Source: an uncultured Mycoplasmatota bacterium (GTDB lineage: Bacteria > Bacillota_I > Bacilli_A > RF39 > UBA660). Taken from it: a DNA stretch of 64,000 nt. Made by a program: the position numbers and the translations under genes. The DNA is taken from positions 129,982 to 193,981 of the forward strand of contig CASEGV010000001.1 in NCBI GenBank assembly GCA_949287595.1, read 5' to 3'. The notes below the pieces were generated by a model, which worked only from the letters and a program-made list of their open reading frames with translations, did not search any database and had not been told where the DNA came from. Below are positions 42,601 to 54,000 of this stretch, piece by piece; the first letter of the stretch is position 1; the number at the start of each line of letters is the position of its first letter.

Positions 42601-42866
42601 AAGTTCCTAGAGAAATAGAAATTCAAGATGAAATAGAAAAAAGACTTAGTAGCTATGATATAAACCCATATTCTATTATTTGTTCATTTGCATTTGATAG
42701 TGGGATTGTATCTATAACATTTTATTTAAATTCTGATTTATTAGAATTTTTAGATATTCTAGATTATAAAAATCAGTGTGATAAATCAGGATATTTAATA
42801 TTAGAAGATAATAATACTATAATTCTTAGTGGTCTTGGATTAATAAACTTATATACATTATTATGA
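42597..42866 (+). CDS. Hypothetical protein
   Basis: Track ORF with an ATGA overlap. Confidence 0.5.
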   Translation: MKVPREIEIQDEIEKRLSSYDINPYSIICSFAFDSGIVSITFYLNSDLLEFLDILDYKNQCDKSGYLILEDNNTIILSGLGLINLYTLL

Positions 42867-43351
42867 AAGTAGTAACTGATCCTTGGTTTAAGAGAATTTT
42901 TAGTGAATTCTATAGACTATATTATTCTGATATAAAAGACAAAAAAATAATATTGAATTTTAATGATAGTTTAGTATCTGATTATATTTTATATAGAGTT
43001 ACAGAATTTGGTCATTATATTATATATCTATATAATGGAACTTCAATTTATATACCTCCAAAATGGATTTATTTATTCTCTGCTTTAAATTGTCATTCAG
43101 GTGATGAAATTTTATATCATAGTGTAAATTATGAAGATGATAAATTTAATAATTTTGGATATCTAATGACTAAATTCGTTTGCTATCTTGAACCAAATTT
43201 ATCATCTATTAATGGAGATGAACTATTAGATGTTTTAGGGAATATTAGTGTAATTGGTACTAAAGATTTTAGAGATTGGGTTTTTAATGACTTTAGTCTA
43301 GATTTAGATCCATTAGAATATAGATCTCTTAATAAAAATATTGATATATGA
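42863..43351 (+). CDS. Hypothetical protein
   Basis: Track ORF with an ATGA overlap. Confidence 0.5.
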   Translation: MKVVTDPWFKRIFSEFYRLYYSDIKDKKIILNFNDSLVSDYILYRVTEFGHYIIYLYNGTSIYIPPKWIYLFSALNCHSGDEILYHSVNYEDDKFNNFGYLMTKFVCYLEPNLSSINGDELLDVLGNISVIGTKDFRDWVFNDFSLDLDPLEYRSLNKNIDI

Positions 43352-43839
43352 AACAATTTGATGTTTATACAGATGGATCTCATTTAGATAAACAAAATAA
43401 TGGTCGTTTAGGTGTTGGAGGTGTTATAGTAAATTTATCTGGTCCTGGAATGGGAACTATACTCGGAAAATTTTCTAACGAATTAAAACAAGATTATATG
43501 TACGATAATTTTGGAGCATCTAAATGTAGTAATCCTAGTGCTGAGTTAGTAGGAGTATTATTTGCTCTTAGAGAATTCTCTAAATTTTGGGGTCCATTAG
43601 ATAAGGTAGTAATTCATGCAGATTACTTAGGAGTAAAGGAATGGATGACGGGAAAATGGAGAATTAAAGAACCTTATATTGCTAAAATAAAGAGCGAAAT
43701 AGATAAAGAAATAATGAAACAGGGTTTACAAGGTAGACTAAGTTATGAATGGGTAAAAGGACATCAAAAGTTTGATGGAGTTAATCCAGACATATATTGG
43801 AATAACCATGTAGATTCGCTAGCTAAAGGAATAGATTAA
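43348..43839 (+). CDS. rnhA: Ribonuclease H (type 1)
   Basis: DEDD-type landmarks: VYTDGS, AELVGVLFAL, VIHADY, WVKGH, NHVDSLAK. Confidence 0.8.
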   Translation: MKQFDVYTDGSHLDKQNNGRLGVGGVIVNLSGPGMGTILGKFSNELKQDYMYDNFGASKCSNPSAELVGVLFALREFSKFWGPLDKVVIHADYLGVKEWMTGKWRIKEPYIAKIKSEIDKEIMKQGLQGRLSYEWVKGHQKFDGVNPDIYWNNHVDSLAKGID

Positions 43840-43840
43840 G

Positions 43841-44356
43841 ATGTTAAATAGTTGTAAAAATGCAAGAATAGTAAGCCCATCCGGAGTTTGGGAATATGAA
43901 CAACTAATTGGTGCGAAAGTTAAAGTAAAATCAATGCCGATTAGTAATTTTTTCGGGTGTTTTAGTGGAGTAAATGAATTGCTTACTATAAAAGATATAT
44001 TTTTTAGAATATCTTTAGATGGGAAGACTATAACAGTTATTGAGCTAGTTGAATATCCCGGAAAAATATTTACATGGAAAGACCTAGAAGTAGTAGAGCT
44101 TAATGTAATAAGTAAGTTTAAATCTGCTTGTGGAGAATTTTTAGCAGGTCAAACTGTATGTGGGCATGGAGTTGATACTAATCCATCTTGGTTAAATAAT
44201 GTAAATGGTATAGCAATTATCGATGAAAACGGAAATGTAATAACTAATAGAATTGTTCGAATTGTTGGAGCTACGGTAGAAGATATTACTAAAGATGTTG
44301 ATGATATATCTGATATCGATGTTAATTTTAATGGGGACATTCTAGATAAAAAATAA
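43841..44356 (+). CDS. Hypothetical protein
   Basis: Track ORF. Confidence 0.5.
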   Translation: MLNSCKNARIVSPSGVWEYEQLIGAKVKVKSMPISNFFGCFSGVNELLTIKDIFFRISLDGKTITVIELVEYPGKIFTWKDLEVVELNVISKFKSACGEFLAGQTVCGHGVDTNPSWLNNVNGIAIIDENGNVITNRIVRIVGATVEDITKDVDDISDIDVNFNGDILDKK

Positions 44357-44365
44357 ATATATAAT

Positions 44366-44944
44366 ATGGCACAAGGACAGTTAACTAGATTTGAATGTAT
44401 TTATTCAAGTCGAGAAGAAGCGTTAAAGGCTCTAAGTTGTTCAAGTAGACAATACGCTGAATTAGTAGCAGTTAGATATTATAATGAAAATGAAGAAGTT
44501 TGTATTATCTTAGCTATTTATAAAAGCGCTGATCTTGGTGATTTTGAGATAGTATCAGATAGTTTTTTATGTTGTAATCAACCTAGAATATTTACGGCAA
44601 AGAAACAGTCTGAAGATCAATCTGATGCTGAGTGTATATTAATAGCATTATTTGGTGAGAAACCAAAAAATGGCGATGTAGTAATTTTAACATCATATGA
44701 TGGAACTACATCTATTACTTATACGATGATAGGAGGAGAATGGATTAAGACTGGAGGTACTACTGCAGATGGTTTAGGAATTATATTTGAAGATTCTGGA
44801 ACTATTGATTTTACTCTTTCTCCTGGACCAACAGAAAGTAAAAAAATTCTAAAAGCAGATGTTAAACTTGACGATAATAGTCTAGTTTATGATAAAGATA
44901 TAGATGCTATTAGAGTAAATAAGATTTATGGAGGAACATTCTAA
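44366..44944 (+). CDS. Structural protein sharing the N-terminal domain of fibre 59658..62387
   Basis: SSREEALKAL..VAVRYYNENEEVCIILAIYK against STEEEALQAL..VAIYGKTEEDARVILAIGK. Confidence 0.5.
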   Translation: MAQGQLTRFECIYSSREEALKALSCSSRQYAELVAVRYYNENEEVCIILAIYKSADLGDFEIVSDSFLCCNQPRIFTAKKQSEDQSDAECILIALFGEKPKNGDVVILTSYDGTTSITYTMIGGEWIKTGGTTADGLGIIFEDSGTIDFTLSPGPTESKKILKADVKLDDNSLVYDKDIDAIRVNKIYGGTF

Positions 44945-45132
44945 TGAAAAAAGTAAGAAGTCCTAAAGATATAAGATTAAAAGTTGGGAAGTCATCTGGA
45001 AAAAATTATTCTCCATTTCTTGGCAGATTAAATCATCCTATTCCAAATGCTCTCAAGAAATTAATAGATTCTGGAAAAGTTAGTGGAAATGTCTTTGGTG
45101 ACTATAATCTAGATCTAATGAAACTTAAATAA
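44944..45132 (+). CDS. Small basic hypothetical protein
   Basis: Track ORF with a TAATG junction. Confidence 0.4.
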   Translation: MKKVRSPKDIRLKVGKSSGKNYSPFLGRLNHPIPNALKKLIDSGKVSGNVFGDYNLDLMKLK

Positions 45133-45134
45133 TT

Positions 45135-45497
45135 ATGGATTTATTAAATACGTCTGGTGTAGGAATGAAGAAATTAGGAGATTCTTTATCACATCAGGAT
45201 TTCAACTCTGTAAATAATACAGCTAATTCTGGTGTAAATTATATAAATGAGATAATAAAGGATTTCTGTAATATTAATTCCGAAGCTAATGATTTCTCAA
45301 GAAAGTTTAATTTAAGTACCGCTGTATTATTAGTTCCCGAGTCTAGAAGAAGATTAGGTATGAAAATAAGATTTTTAGGATCTGAAGGAAATTTTCTAGA
45401 GTTTATTTATAAAGGTGCTAATACTGACGAGGAAAATTGGATAAACGAAGATAATTGGTCTGCTCCATTTGATATAATTGATGGAGGAGAGTGGTAA
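45135..45497 (+). CDS. Hypothetical (structural module)
   Basis: Track ORF. Confidence 0.5.
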   Translation: MDLLNTSGVGMKKLGDSLSHQDFNSVNNTANSGVNYINEIIKDFCNINSEANDFSRKFNLSTAVLLVPESRRRLGMKIRFLGSEGNFLEFIYKGANTDEENWINEDNWSAPFDIIDGGEW

Positions 45498-45516
45498 ATA
45501 ATTATAATATAAAATT

Positions 45517-45900
45517 ATGAAAAATAATTACATAAAAACAACCTGGATTGATAATAAAACTCCAGTTAATGCAGCTAATCTTAATAAGATTGAAAACGCT
45601 ATTTCAGATTTATATACAAATGCAATAAGTCCTTCTGAAATATTAGAAGGAGATGGTATTAGAATTGCAGATGCTACTTGTAACTCTGATTGTTATGGAA
45701 ATACAAAAAAGGGTATTCAAATTTCAGTTTCTGATAAAATAATGCAATCAGAAAGTTGTAAAGGAATTGATGTGGTAACTGATGCTAGCAGTATTCTTCA
45801 ATTTGAAAAGGATAGATTATACTTTTTCTTAAATCCAGAAACAAAATCATTGGTTAAAATAATGATTAATGGTGTTACTATTTTTGAAGTAAAAGATTAA
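45517..45900 (+). CDS. Tail-fibre-associated protein (N-terminal W.D..TPVNAANLNKIENAI motif)
   Basis: TTWIDNKTPVNAANLNKIENAISDL is a motif common at the N-termini of phage fibre/tail proteins. Confidence 0.4.
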   Translation: MKNNYIKTTWIDNKTPVNAANLNKIENAISDLYTNAISPSEILEGDGIRIADATCNSDCYGNTKKGIQISVSDKIMQSESCKGIDVVTDASSILQFEKDRLYFFLNPETKSLVKIMINGVTIFEVKD

Positions 45901-45901
45901 T

Positions 45902-46501
45902 ATGAAATGGAATGATAAAAATGGATATATCATTTACAAAGTAGCTCTTCAAAATATTAAATCTGTCTTAGGAATATCACAAATAGATTATTCTTTAAGA
46001 TGTGAATTAGCACCATACATTACTTATACTTTAGACTATATAAGTAAAAGATTAACTTTACTCCCAGAAGGTTCAGATATTAAAGTAAGTATTCAAGAGA
46101 TATTTGATATTAAGGAACATGGAGAAACAAAGATTATATACGGGGATGTTGATGATCTTAGAAGAGAGTTAGGAATAGATAATGGAGAGATTTATGTAGA
46201 TAATGAAGAAATTCCATATAATCAAGATAGATTTATCTATTCTTGGAGTAATGTAATTACAGCTTTATTAGTTAGAATAAAGTTTCAATATCAAAATCTT
46301 TTATATCAAAATCCGATAAATGAATGTCCATGTGGAGATGAATGTTCTCCTGGACAAAGTGTATCAGACTTTGAAAATTGGACTTCCGGGGTTTATCCCG
46401 AAGATGAAAGTTATTCTTATTATAATTATAATGATGTAACGAATACAGGATGGAGAGTAAATAATGATATTCCTGAATGTACTAAATGTCTTAGGAAATG
46501 A
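45902..46501 (+). CDS. Hypothetical (structural module), Cys-rich C-terminus
   Basis: Track ORF. Confidence 0.5.
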   Translation: MKWNDKNGYIIYKVALQNIKSVLGISQIDYSLRCELAPYITYTLDYISKRLTLLPEGSDIKVSIQEIFDIKEHGETKIIYGDVDDLRRELGIDNGEIYVDNEEIPYNQDRFIYSWSNVITALLVRIKFQYQNLLYQNPINECPCGDECSPGQSVSDFENWTSGVYPEDESYSYYNYNDVTNTGWRVNNDIPECTKCLRK

Positions 46502-47991
46502 ATAATAGTGAAGAATTAAAAAATGTAGTGGATAATACCCAGCTTCCTCTTCCTTCTATTATTATATTAAAGAATTCTATAGAAGAAGGAAAAATGCCTA
46601 AACCAGAACAATTAGAGGTTGGAGAACTTGGTTTAGGATTATTTGAAGGTTATGAAAGTATTTGGGCAAAAAATTCCGCTGGAAATATTATAGATTTAAG
46701 AGATCCTAGAGTAGATTTATTTTGGGGTAATTTCTTTAGAGTTTATGATTTAATTGAAAGCTTTGAATTAGATCTATCTGCAGGAGCAATTCCTGAATCA
46801 TCTATAGTGTATATAAAAGAGACTAGACAGATTTGGACTGCTGGTACTTTTTTTGCATTGTCTGAAAATGAAGTATTAAATTTAATAAATAGTAAAGTTT
46901 TATTACTTCCATTAAAGACCTCAGAATTAACTAGCGAAAGTACTAGTGAAGAAATTTCTGAAGTTTTTGGAGGAGCAGATGAATTTAAGAAACTTTGTGA
47001 ATCATTGAAATTATCTGCGTCTATAGTAGCAATGAAGGTAAATGAAGGAAGAGGAATAGTTCCTGTAACAGCTTCTGCATGTACTATAGAATGTGAATAT
47101 CAATGTAAACATATTCTTACTATTGAGTGGATATTTAAAGGAAAATATTATAAAGAAGTAATTACTCTTAATAACGATACTTTAGTATTTACATCAGCAG
47201 TAGAAAGTACTTCTAAATCATTACTAGAGATAGTAGATAATTTAGATAGTTTATTGGATGAAAATAAAGAATTAGTAGTTCCTAAAATTAGTTGTTCTTG
47301 GGAATTTTATAATAATTCATTTAAACCTATTTCAATATATCCAAGTCCTGATAGAGATAATCCAATTATAGAAAAGGGTTATAAAGTAGTATTTAAAGGA
47401 GTGTATTCTTGGAAATCTGAAGAAGGGAAAAAAGATCCAATTAGCATATCGGAAGATTCAACTTGGAAAGAATTAACTACTAGTGGGGTAGAGTCTTCTA
47501 TGTTTACATCTACATATGTTACTGAAGATACAGAGTTTTTAGTTAAACTTGAAGCTCCTAAAACTGGATTTATGGTTAGAGGAGAAGATGTAATTTATAG
47601 TAATGGGAAAATAGATGTAACTGAAGATAAGAGAAAAGTATCTTTTGCTGATAGAATATATTACGGAACTTTACATAAAGGATCTGAAAAAGATATAGTT
47701 GAATATGATATTAGATCTTTATCTGATACTAAACTAATTTTAGAAGGAAACTTAGAAACTAAAGTAGAAGGTGTAACTACAGATGAAGATGAGTATTATT
47801 TAATAGCCTTTCCAGATTCTTTAGGTGACTTGAAAGGTATTTATCAGGATGGTTTTCCAATTTTAGGAGCTTTTCATAAATTTGAAAACTCAATAGAAGT
47901 TATCAATGCAGCTGGAATTGGAATTGATTATAAAGTATATATTACAAATCATCCAGGAGTATTTACTAATGTTACTATAGAATTTAAATAA
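46498..47991 (+). CDS. Tail/fibre-module protein sharing a C-terminal domain with 56129..57112 and with the giant fibre
   Basis: RIYYGT..YYLIAFPDSLGDL..INAAGIGIDYKVYITNHPGVFTNVTIEFK against RLYYGV..YYCYAFPKDLGAL..NNAGLAITYYVYTSKNKGAFQNVKLDFK. Confidence 0.55.
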   Translation: MNNSEELKNVVDNTQLPLPSIIILKNSIEEGKMPKPEQLEVGELGLGLFEGYESIWAKNSAGNIIDLRDPRVDLFWGNFFRVYDLIESFELDLSAGAIPESSIVYIKETRQIWTAGTFFALSENEVLNLINSKVLLLPLKTSELTSESTSEEISEVFGGADEFKKLCESLKLSASIVAMKVNEGRGIVPVTASACTIECEYQCKHILTIEWIFKGKYYKEVITLNNDTLVFTSAVESTSKSLLEIVDNLDSLLDENKELVVPKISCSWEFYNNSFKPISIYPSPDRDNPIIEKGYKVVFKGVYSWKSEEGKKDPISISEDSTWKELTTSGVESSMFTSTYVTEDTEFLVKLEAPKTGFMVRGEDVIYSNGKIDVTEDKRKVSFADRIYYGTLHKGSEKDIVEYDIRSLSDTKLILEGNLETKVEGVTTDEDEYYLIAFPDSLGDLKGIYQDGFPILGAFHKFENSIEVINAAGIGIDYKVYITNHPGVFTNVTIEFK

Positions 47992-48002
47992 ATATAAATA
48001 CA

Positions 48003-51000
48003 ATGGCATTAAAATTTGCAGATAGATTAGTGTCTAATAATCCTAAAAGTTATGGGATTGCGAGAGCTATAGAAATCTCAGGACACAAAACCGTATCATC
48101 TCTAGAAGCTTTATATAAAATACCAGATTGTATATTGTCTGATAGTGGAGATAATACTGGAGATGATGCAATTGGTCAAGAATGGTATGTAGTTAGTGAA
48201 GCATCTAATTATAAATTAATTAGTTGGGATAATCGTCATTCAGGAGAGGGTTGGAAATCCTCTTTAGGTGAATATGTTACCGAAGATCAATTACAAGAAG
48301 AATTAAAGAAAAAACAAGATAAGTTAACAGCCGGTACAGGAATTAATATTTCAGAAGATAATATCATTTCTTGTACGTTGGATACTGAAATTTTTATATT
48401 TGTTGATGAACTTCCTCCTTTAAAAGAAGCAAAGTTTAATAAGATATATGTCTTAAGAAAAACAGAAAATGAAGGAGAGAATCAAAAATATATAGAATAT
48501 ATTCTTACTACTGTCTATGATGAGGCTGGATTTGAATCTAGAGCTTGGGAAAAGTTAGGAGAATATGATTTAGGTATCGAATTAGAGCCGTATCTTAAGA
48601 AGGAAGATGCTGAAAAATTATATGTAAAGAAAACTGATATAATTAATTCTTTAGAAGGAGGTGAATCTGAACAAGTATTAGGAGCATCTCAAGGAAAAGA
48701 GTTAAAAGATCAGATAGATTCATTAAATGAAAATACAGTTCATAGCATCACCGCTACAGAAGGAAAGGGTATTATTATAGAAGGAACAAAAAATGATCCT
48801 ACTATTGGAATACTTAGAGACGAAAGTAGTGAAGATTTTTTAAGTTTATCTGAAAACGGGCTAAAATTAAGCGGGGTTCAAGAAGCCATTGATGCAGGAG
48901 ATAATAAAGTAAGAGAAGAGTATAAGTCTGATCTAGATGAAATGCAATCTCATACAGAATATCTCTATAATATCAATACTCTTTTTCCTAATGAAGGAAT
49001 GGAAGATAATAAGAATCAATGGACTTTAACTAGAGCCATATCTAAATTAGATTCACTATTATCAGATGAAGAAAGATTAGCAGGTATTAAAATAAAATTT
49101 TTATCTAATGAAGATAAGTGGAGAACTTATACTTTCTATGGAGAATCTTCCGAAATATTAGATGAATCTAAATGGAACTATGATCTAACTTCTAAAGATT
49201 TTATTGAATTAGCTACAACAAATTTACCTACAGCCACACAAGAAGCTAATGGTACTATGTCTAAGGAAGATAAGAAAAAATTCGATACTCTTTCTGAAGG
49301 CATAGAGGAAGGTGTTTCTATAGTAGATAAGATTAATGAAATCGTAGAAGATACTAAAGAAGTAATAGATAATTATACTGTTAATGGTTATAAGATATCT
49401 GAAAATCCTGTCTTAAATAAAGAAGATGTTGGTCTTGGAAACGTAGATAATACTTCTGATATGGATAAACCTATATCTACTGCTACTCAAGAAGCTTTAG
49501 ATGAATTAATTTCACATACTGAAGTATTATTTAATATAGTTGATCTCTTTCCAGGAGAAGGACAAGGAGATAATAAAGATCAATGGAATTTACAATCCGC
49601 AATATCTAGACTAAGTGGTACAATTGATAGTAAATACAAAGTTCCAGGAGTTAAGATTAAATTAATAACTGAGGATGGAAAGTGGAGAACTTATACTTTC
49701 TATGGAGAAGTATTTACTGACGTAAGTTCTTGGAAATATGATCTAACTTCTAAAGATTTTACTGAATTAGCAACTGTAGATTTACCTACCGCTACACAAG
49801 AGGCTAACGGTACTATGTCTAAGGAAGATAAGAAGAAATTAGATACTCTTTCCGAAGGTATAGAAGAAGGCGTTTCTATAGTAGATAAGATTAACGAAAT
49901 TGTAGGAGATACTAAAGAAGTAATAGATAATTATACTGTTAATGGTTATAAGATATCTGAAAATCCTGTCTTAAATAAAACTGACATTGGCCTTGGAAAT
50001 GTTACAGACGATGCTCAAGTTAAGCGCTCTGAGATGGGAGTTGCTAATGGTGTTGCTACCCTTGATGATAATGGAAAAGTACCAGATTCACAACTTCCTG
50101 ATTCTGTATTAGGAAATGTTAAGTTTATGGGTACTTGGAACGCTTCTACAAATACTCCTGAACTAGTAGAAGGAAATGAAGAAGATAATGGACATTACTA
50201 TATCGTTGATGTTCCAGGATCTCAATTTGGATTTGATTTTGACGCAGGAGATTGGGTAATTAATAGTAATGGATCTTGGTCTAAGGTAGATAATGTAGAT
50301 GCAGTAAAATCTGTTAATGGTAAAGATGGAATAGTAGAATTAGTTATTGAAGATATTCCAGATTTAAGAGATGAATTAGATTCTAAAGCTTCTCAGGTAG
50401 ATTTGGAAGCTCATACTTCTAATACTGAAAATCCTCATAATGTTACTAAAGAACAGGTTGGCTTAGGAAATGTAGATAATACATCTGATATGGATAAGCC
50501 GATTTCTACTGCTACATTAGATGCATTGAAGAAATTACAAGAGCATTCGGATATAGTATATAATGTTACATCTCTTTTCCCAGGAGAGGGACAAGGAGAT
50601 AATAAAGATCAGTGGACTATTCAATTAGCCGTATCTAAATTAGATAGTTATGCTGATTCTAAATATAGAGTACCTGGAGTTAAGTGTAAATTTTTAGATA
50701 CTACAGGAGTATGGAGAACTTATACTTACTATGGGGAAATATTTGCTGATTCTAATAGTTGGAGTTATGATCTAACTTCTAAAGATTTTACTGAATTAGC
50801 AACTACAAATTTACCTACAGCTACACAGGAAGCTAATGGTACTATGTCTAAGGAAGATAAGAAGAAATTAGATACTCTTTCTGAAGGTATTGATGAAAAT
50901 ACTTCGATTAAAGATATAGTAGATGAAGCCGTAAATGTAGCAAAAGAAGAATTACAAGGAAATATTGATACAGTAGATTCTAAAGTAGAGGCTCATATTG

Positions 51001-54000
51001 CAGATAAGTCTAATCCTCATCAAGTAACAAAAGAACAGGTAGGATTAGGTAATGTTACTAATGATGCTCAAGTTAAAAGAGCTGAAATGGGTATAGCAGA
51101 AGGAGTTGCTACACTTGATGAATCTGGAAAAGTTCCTAGTTCTCAATTACCTGATTCAGTATTAGGAAATGTTAGATATTCAGGAACTTGGGATGCTTCT
51201 AAAAATACACCAGAACTAACAGATAATTCTCCAGAAAATTCTGGAAAATATTATGTTGTTTCGATTGCTGGATCTCAATTCGGTATAAATTTCGAACCTG
51301 GAGATTGGGTAATTAATAACGGTGGAAATTGGGCTAAGGTAGATAATGTAGATGCAGTAAAATCTGTTAATGGAAAGTCTGGAGAAGTAGTAATTGAAAT
51401 TGCAGATATTAGTGGTTTAACAGATGAATTGAATTCTAAAGCAGCACAATCTGATTTAGATTCAGTTAAAGAACTAACTAATGAATTAAATGATTCATTA
51501 GCTCAACCTGATGGTATTGCTACTCTGGATTCTAATGGAAAATTGGTAGAATCTCAAATTCCAAGTAAAGCAATTAATGTACTAGAAGGTAAGTATATTA
51601 ATGAAACTACTTTTAATGATAGATCAGATTCTCCATACACTCCAGCATTAGGAATAATTTATGTAGATATTACTGATGGATCTAATAATAATATATATCG
51701 TTGGAATGGTACAGCGTTTGTTAAACTTTGCCAAACTGGAGATATAGAGCAAGATATATTAGATCACATTGATAATAAATCTAATCCTCATGAAGTAACT
51801 AAAGAACAGATAGGTCTTGAAAATGTTACTAATGATGCTCAAGTTAAGAGAACAGAAATGGGAGTTGCTGAAGGAGTCGCTACTCTTGATATAAATGGAA
51901 AAATTCCAACATGGCAATTACCAGGTCAAGTAGATGAAGTATTTGGTATCGATCATTTTGTAGATAGCAAAGATCAAATTCCTACCTCTAGATTAGATAT
52001 CGGTACTACTTATTATGCAGAACTTGAGAAGAAAATATTCACTGCTATTAGTGATACATCTCTAGATGAGGGAAAGACTCCTGAAAAAGGAGTAATATAC
52101 TCAAATAGAGATACTAATATAATTTATAGATGGGATGGTACTGATTTAGTAGAAATTGGAAATCCTATACACTTAGGAGAAATAGCTGGAACAGCATATC
52201 CTGGAGATAAAGGTAAAGAAACTACTGATAAAGTAAATTCTCATTTAGAAGATTTCGAAAATCCACATCAAGTTACTAAAGCTCAAGTTGGTTTAGGAGA
52301 TGTAGATAATACAAGTGACGTTAATAAACCAGTATCTAAAGCTCAACAAGCAGCATTAGATGCAGTTAAAGATGAACTTAAACAAAATATTGATTCTAAT
52401 AAAGAAGCTACAGATAATTATACTATTAATGGTTATAAGATATCTGAAAATCCTGTATTAGATAAAGAAGATATTGGTTTAAGTGAAGTTGATAATACAA
52501 GTGACTTGAATAAACCTATATCTACCGCTACACAGGAAGCTTTAGATGTATTAACTAGTGGATTAAAAGCTATTAATGATTCTTTAGCACAACCTAATGG
52601 TATTGCTACTCTAGATTCTAATGGAAAATTAGTTCAGGCACAAATACCTAAGGAAGCTATAAATGTATTGGAAGGTAAATACATTAATGAAACTACTTTT
52701 AATGATAAACAGGGACATCCATATGAGCCTATTACAGGAGTTATTTATGTAGATATTACTTCTGGATTGGGGAATAAAATGTATCGTTGGGATGGTTCTA
52801 TCTTTGCTGAATTAAATCAACTTAATGATGTTGATTCAAAAATTGATGAACATATTTCAGATAAAAATAATCCTCACGAAGTTACTAAAGAACAAGTAGG
52901 TTTAGGTAACGTTACTAATGATGCTCAAGTTAAACGTTCTGAGATGGGTGCTCTTAACGGAGTTGCTACTCTTGATGATAATGGAAAAATTCCAGATTCA
53001 CAACTTCCTGGAAAAGTAGTTCAAGTATTTGGTATTGATCATTTTGTAGATAGTAAAGATCAAATTCCTACTTCTAGATTAGTAATTGGTACTACTTACT
53101 ACGTAAAAGAAGATAAGAAGATTTATACAGCTATTAGTGATACAACTGTTGATGAAGGAAAGACTCCTGAAAAAGGAACTATTTATTCTAACAGAGATAC
53201 TAATTATATCTATAGATGGGATGGTACTGATTTAGTAGAAATTGGAAATCCTATACATTTAGGAGAAACTGAAGGTACAGCTTATGAAGGAAATAAAGGT
53301 AAAGAAACTACTGACAAAGTAAATGAACATGTAGCTAATACTGAAAATCCTCATAATGTTACTAAAGCTCAAGTAGGTTTAGCTAATGTAGATAATACAT
53401 CTGATATAGATAAACCTATATCTACTGCTACACAAGAAGCTTTAGATAAAATAACATCTGATGTAGAATCTCATACTACTAATAAATCTAATCCTCATGA
53501 AGTAACAAAAGCTCAAGTAGGTTTAGGTAATGTAGATAATACTGCAGATTTAGATAAACCAGTTTCTAATGCTACTAAAGAATTAATAAATAGTACGAAA
53601 GATAGTTTAACTCAAACTATTACACTTCATATAGAAAATAAAAATAATCCTCACAGAGTAACGAAGGAACAAGTAGGTTTAGCAAATGTAGATAATACAG
53701 CGGACTTAAATAAACCAGTATCTATAGCTCAACAAGCAGCAATAGATAAGGTTAAGAGTGAAATTCTTCCAGAGGTTGATAAAGTAAATTCATCATTAAC
53801 TGCTCATGTTAGTAGTGAAAATAATCCTCATAAAGTTACTAAAGCTCAGATTGGTTTAGGTAACGTTGATGATACTAGTGATGAAAATAAGCCTGTATCA
53901 TTAGCTCAAGAAGCAAGAATTTCTAAAGTTGAATCTGATTTAACTGCTAAAATTACTATTCATACTTCAGATAAGAATAATCCTCATGAAGTTACTAAAG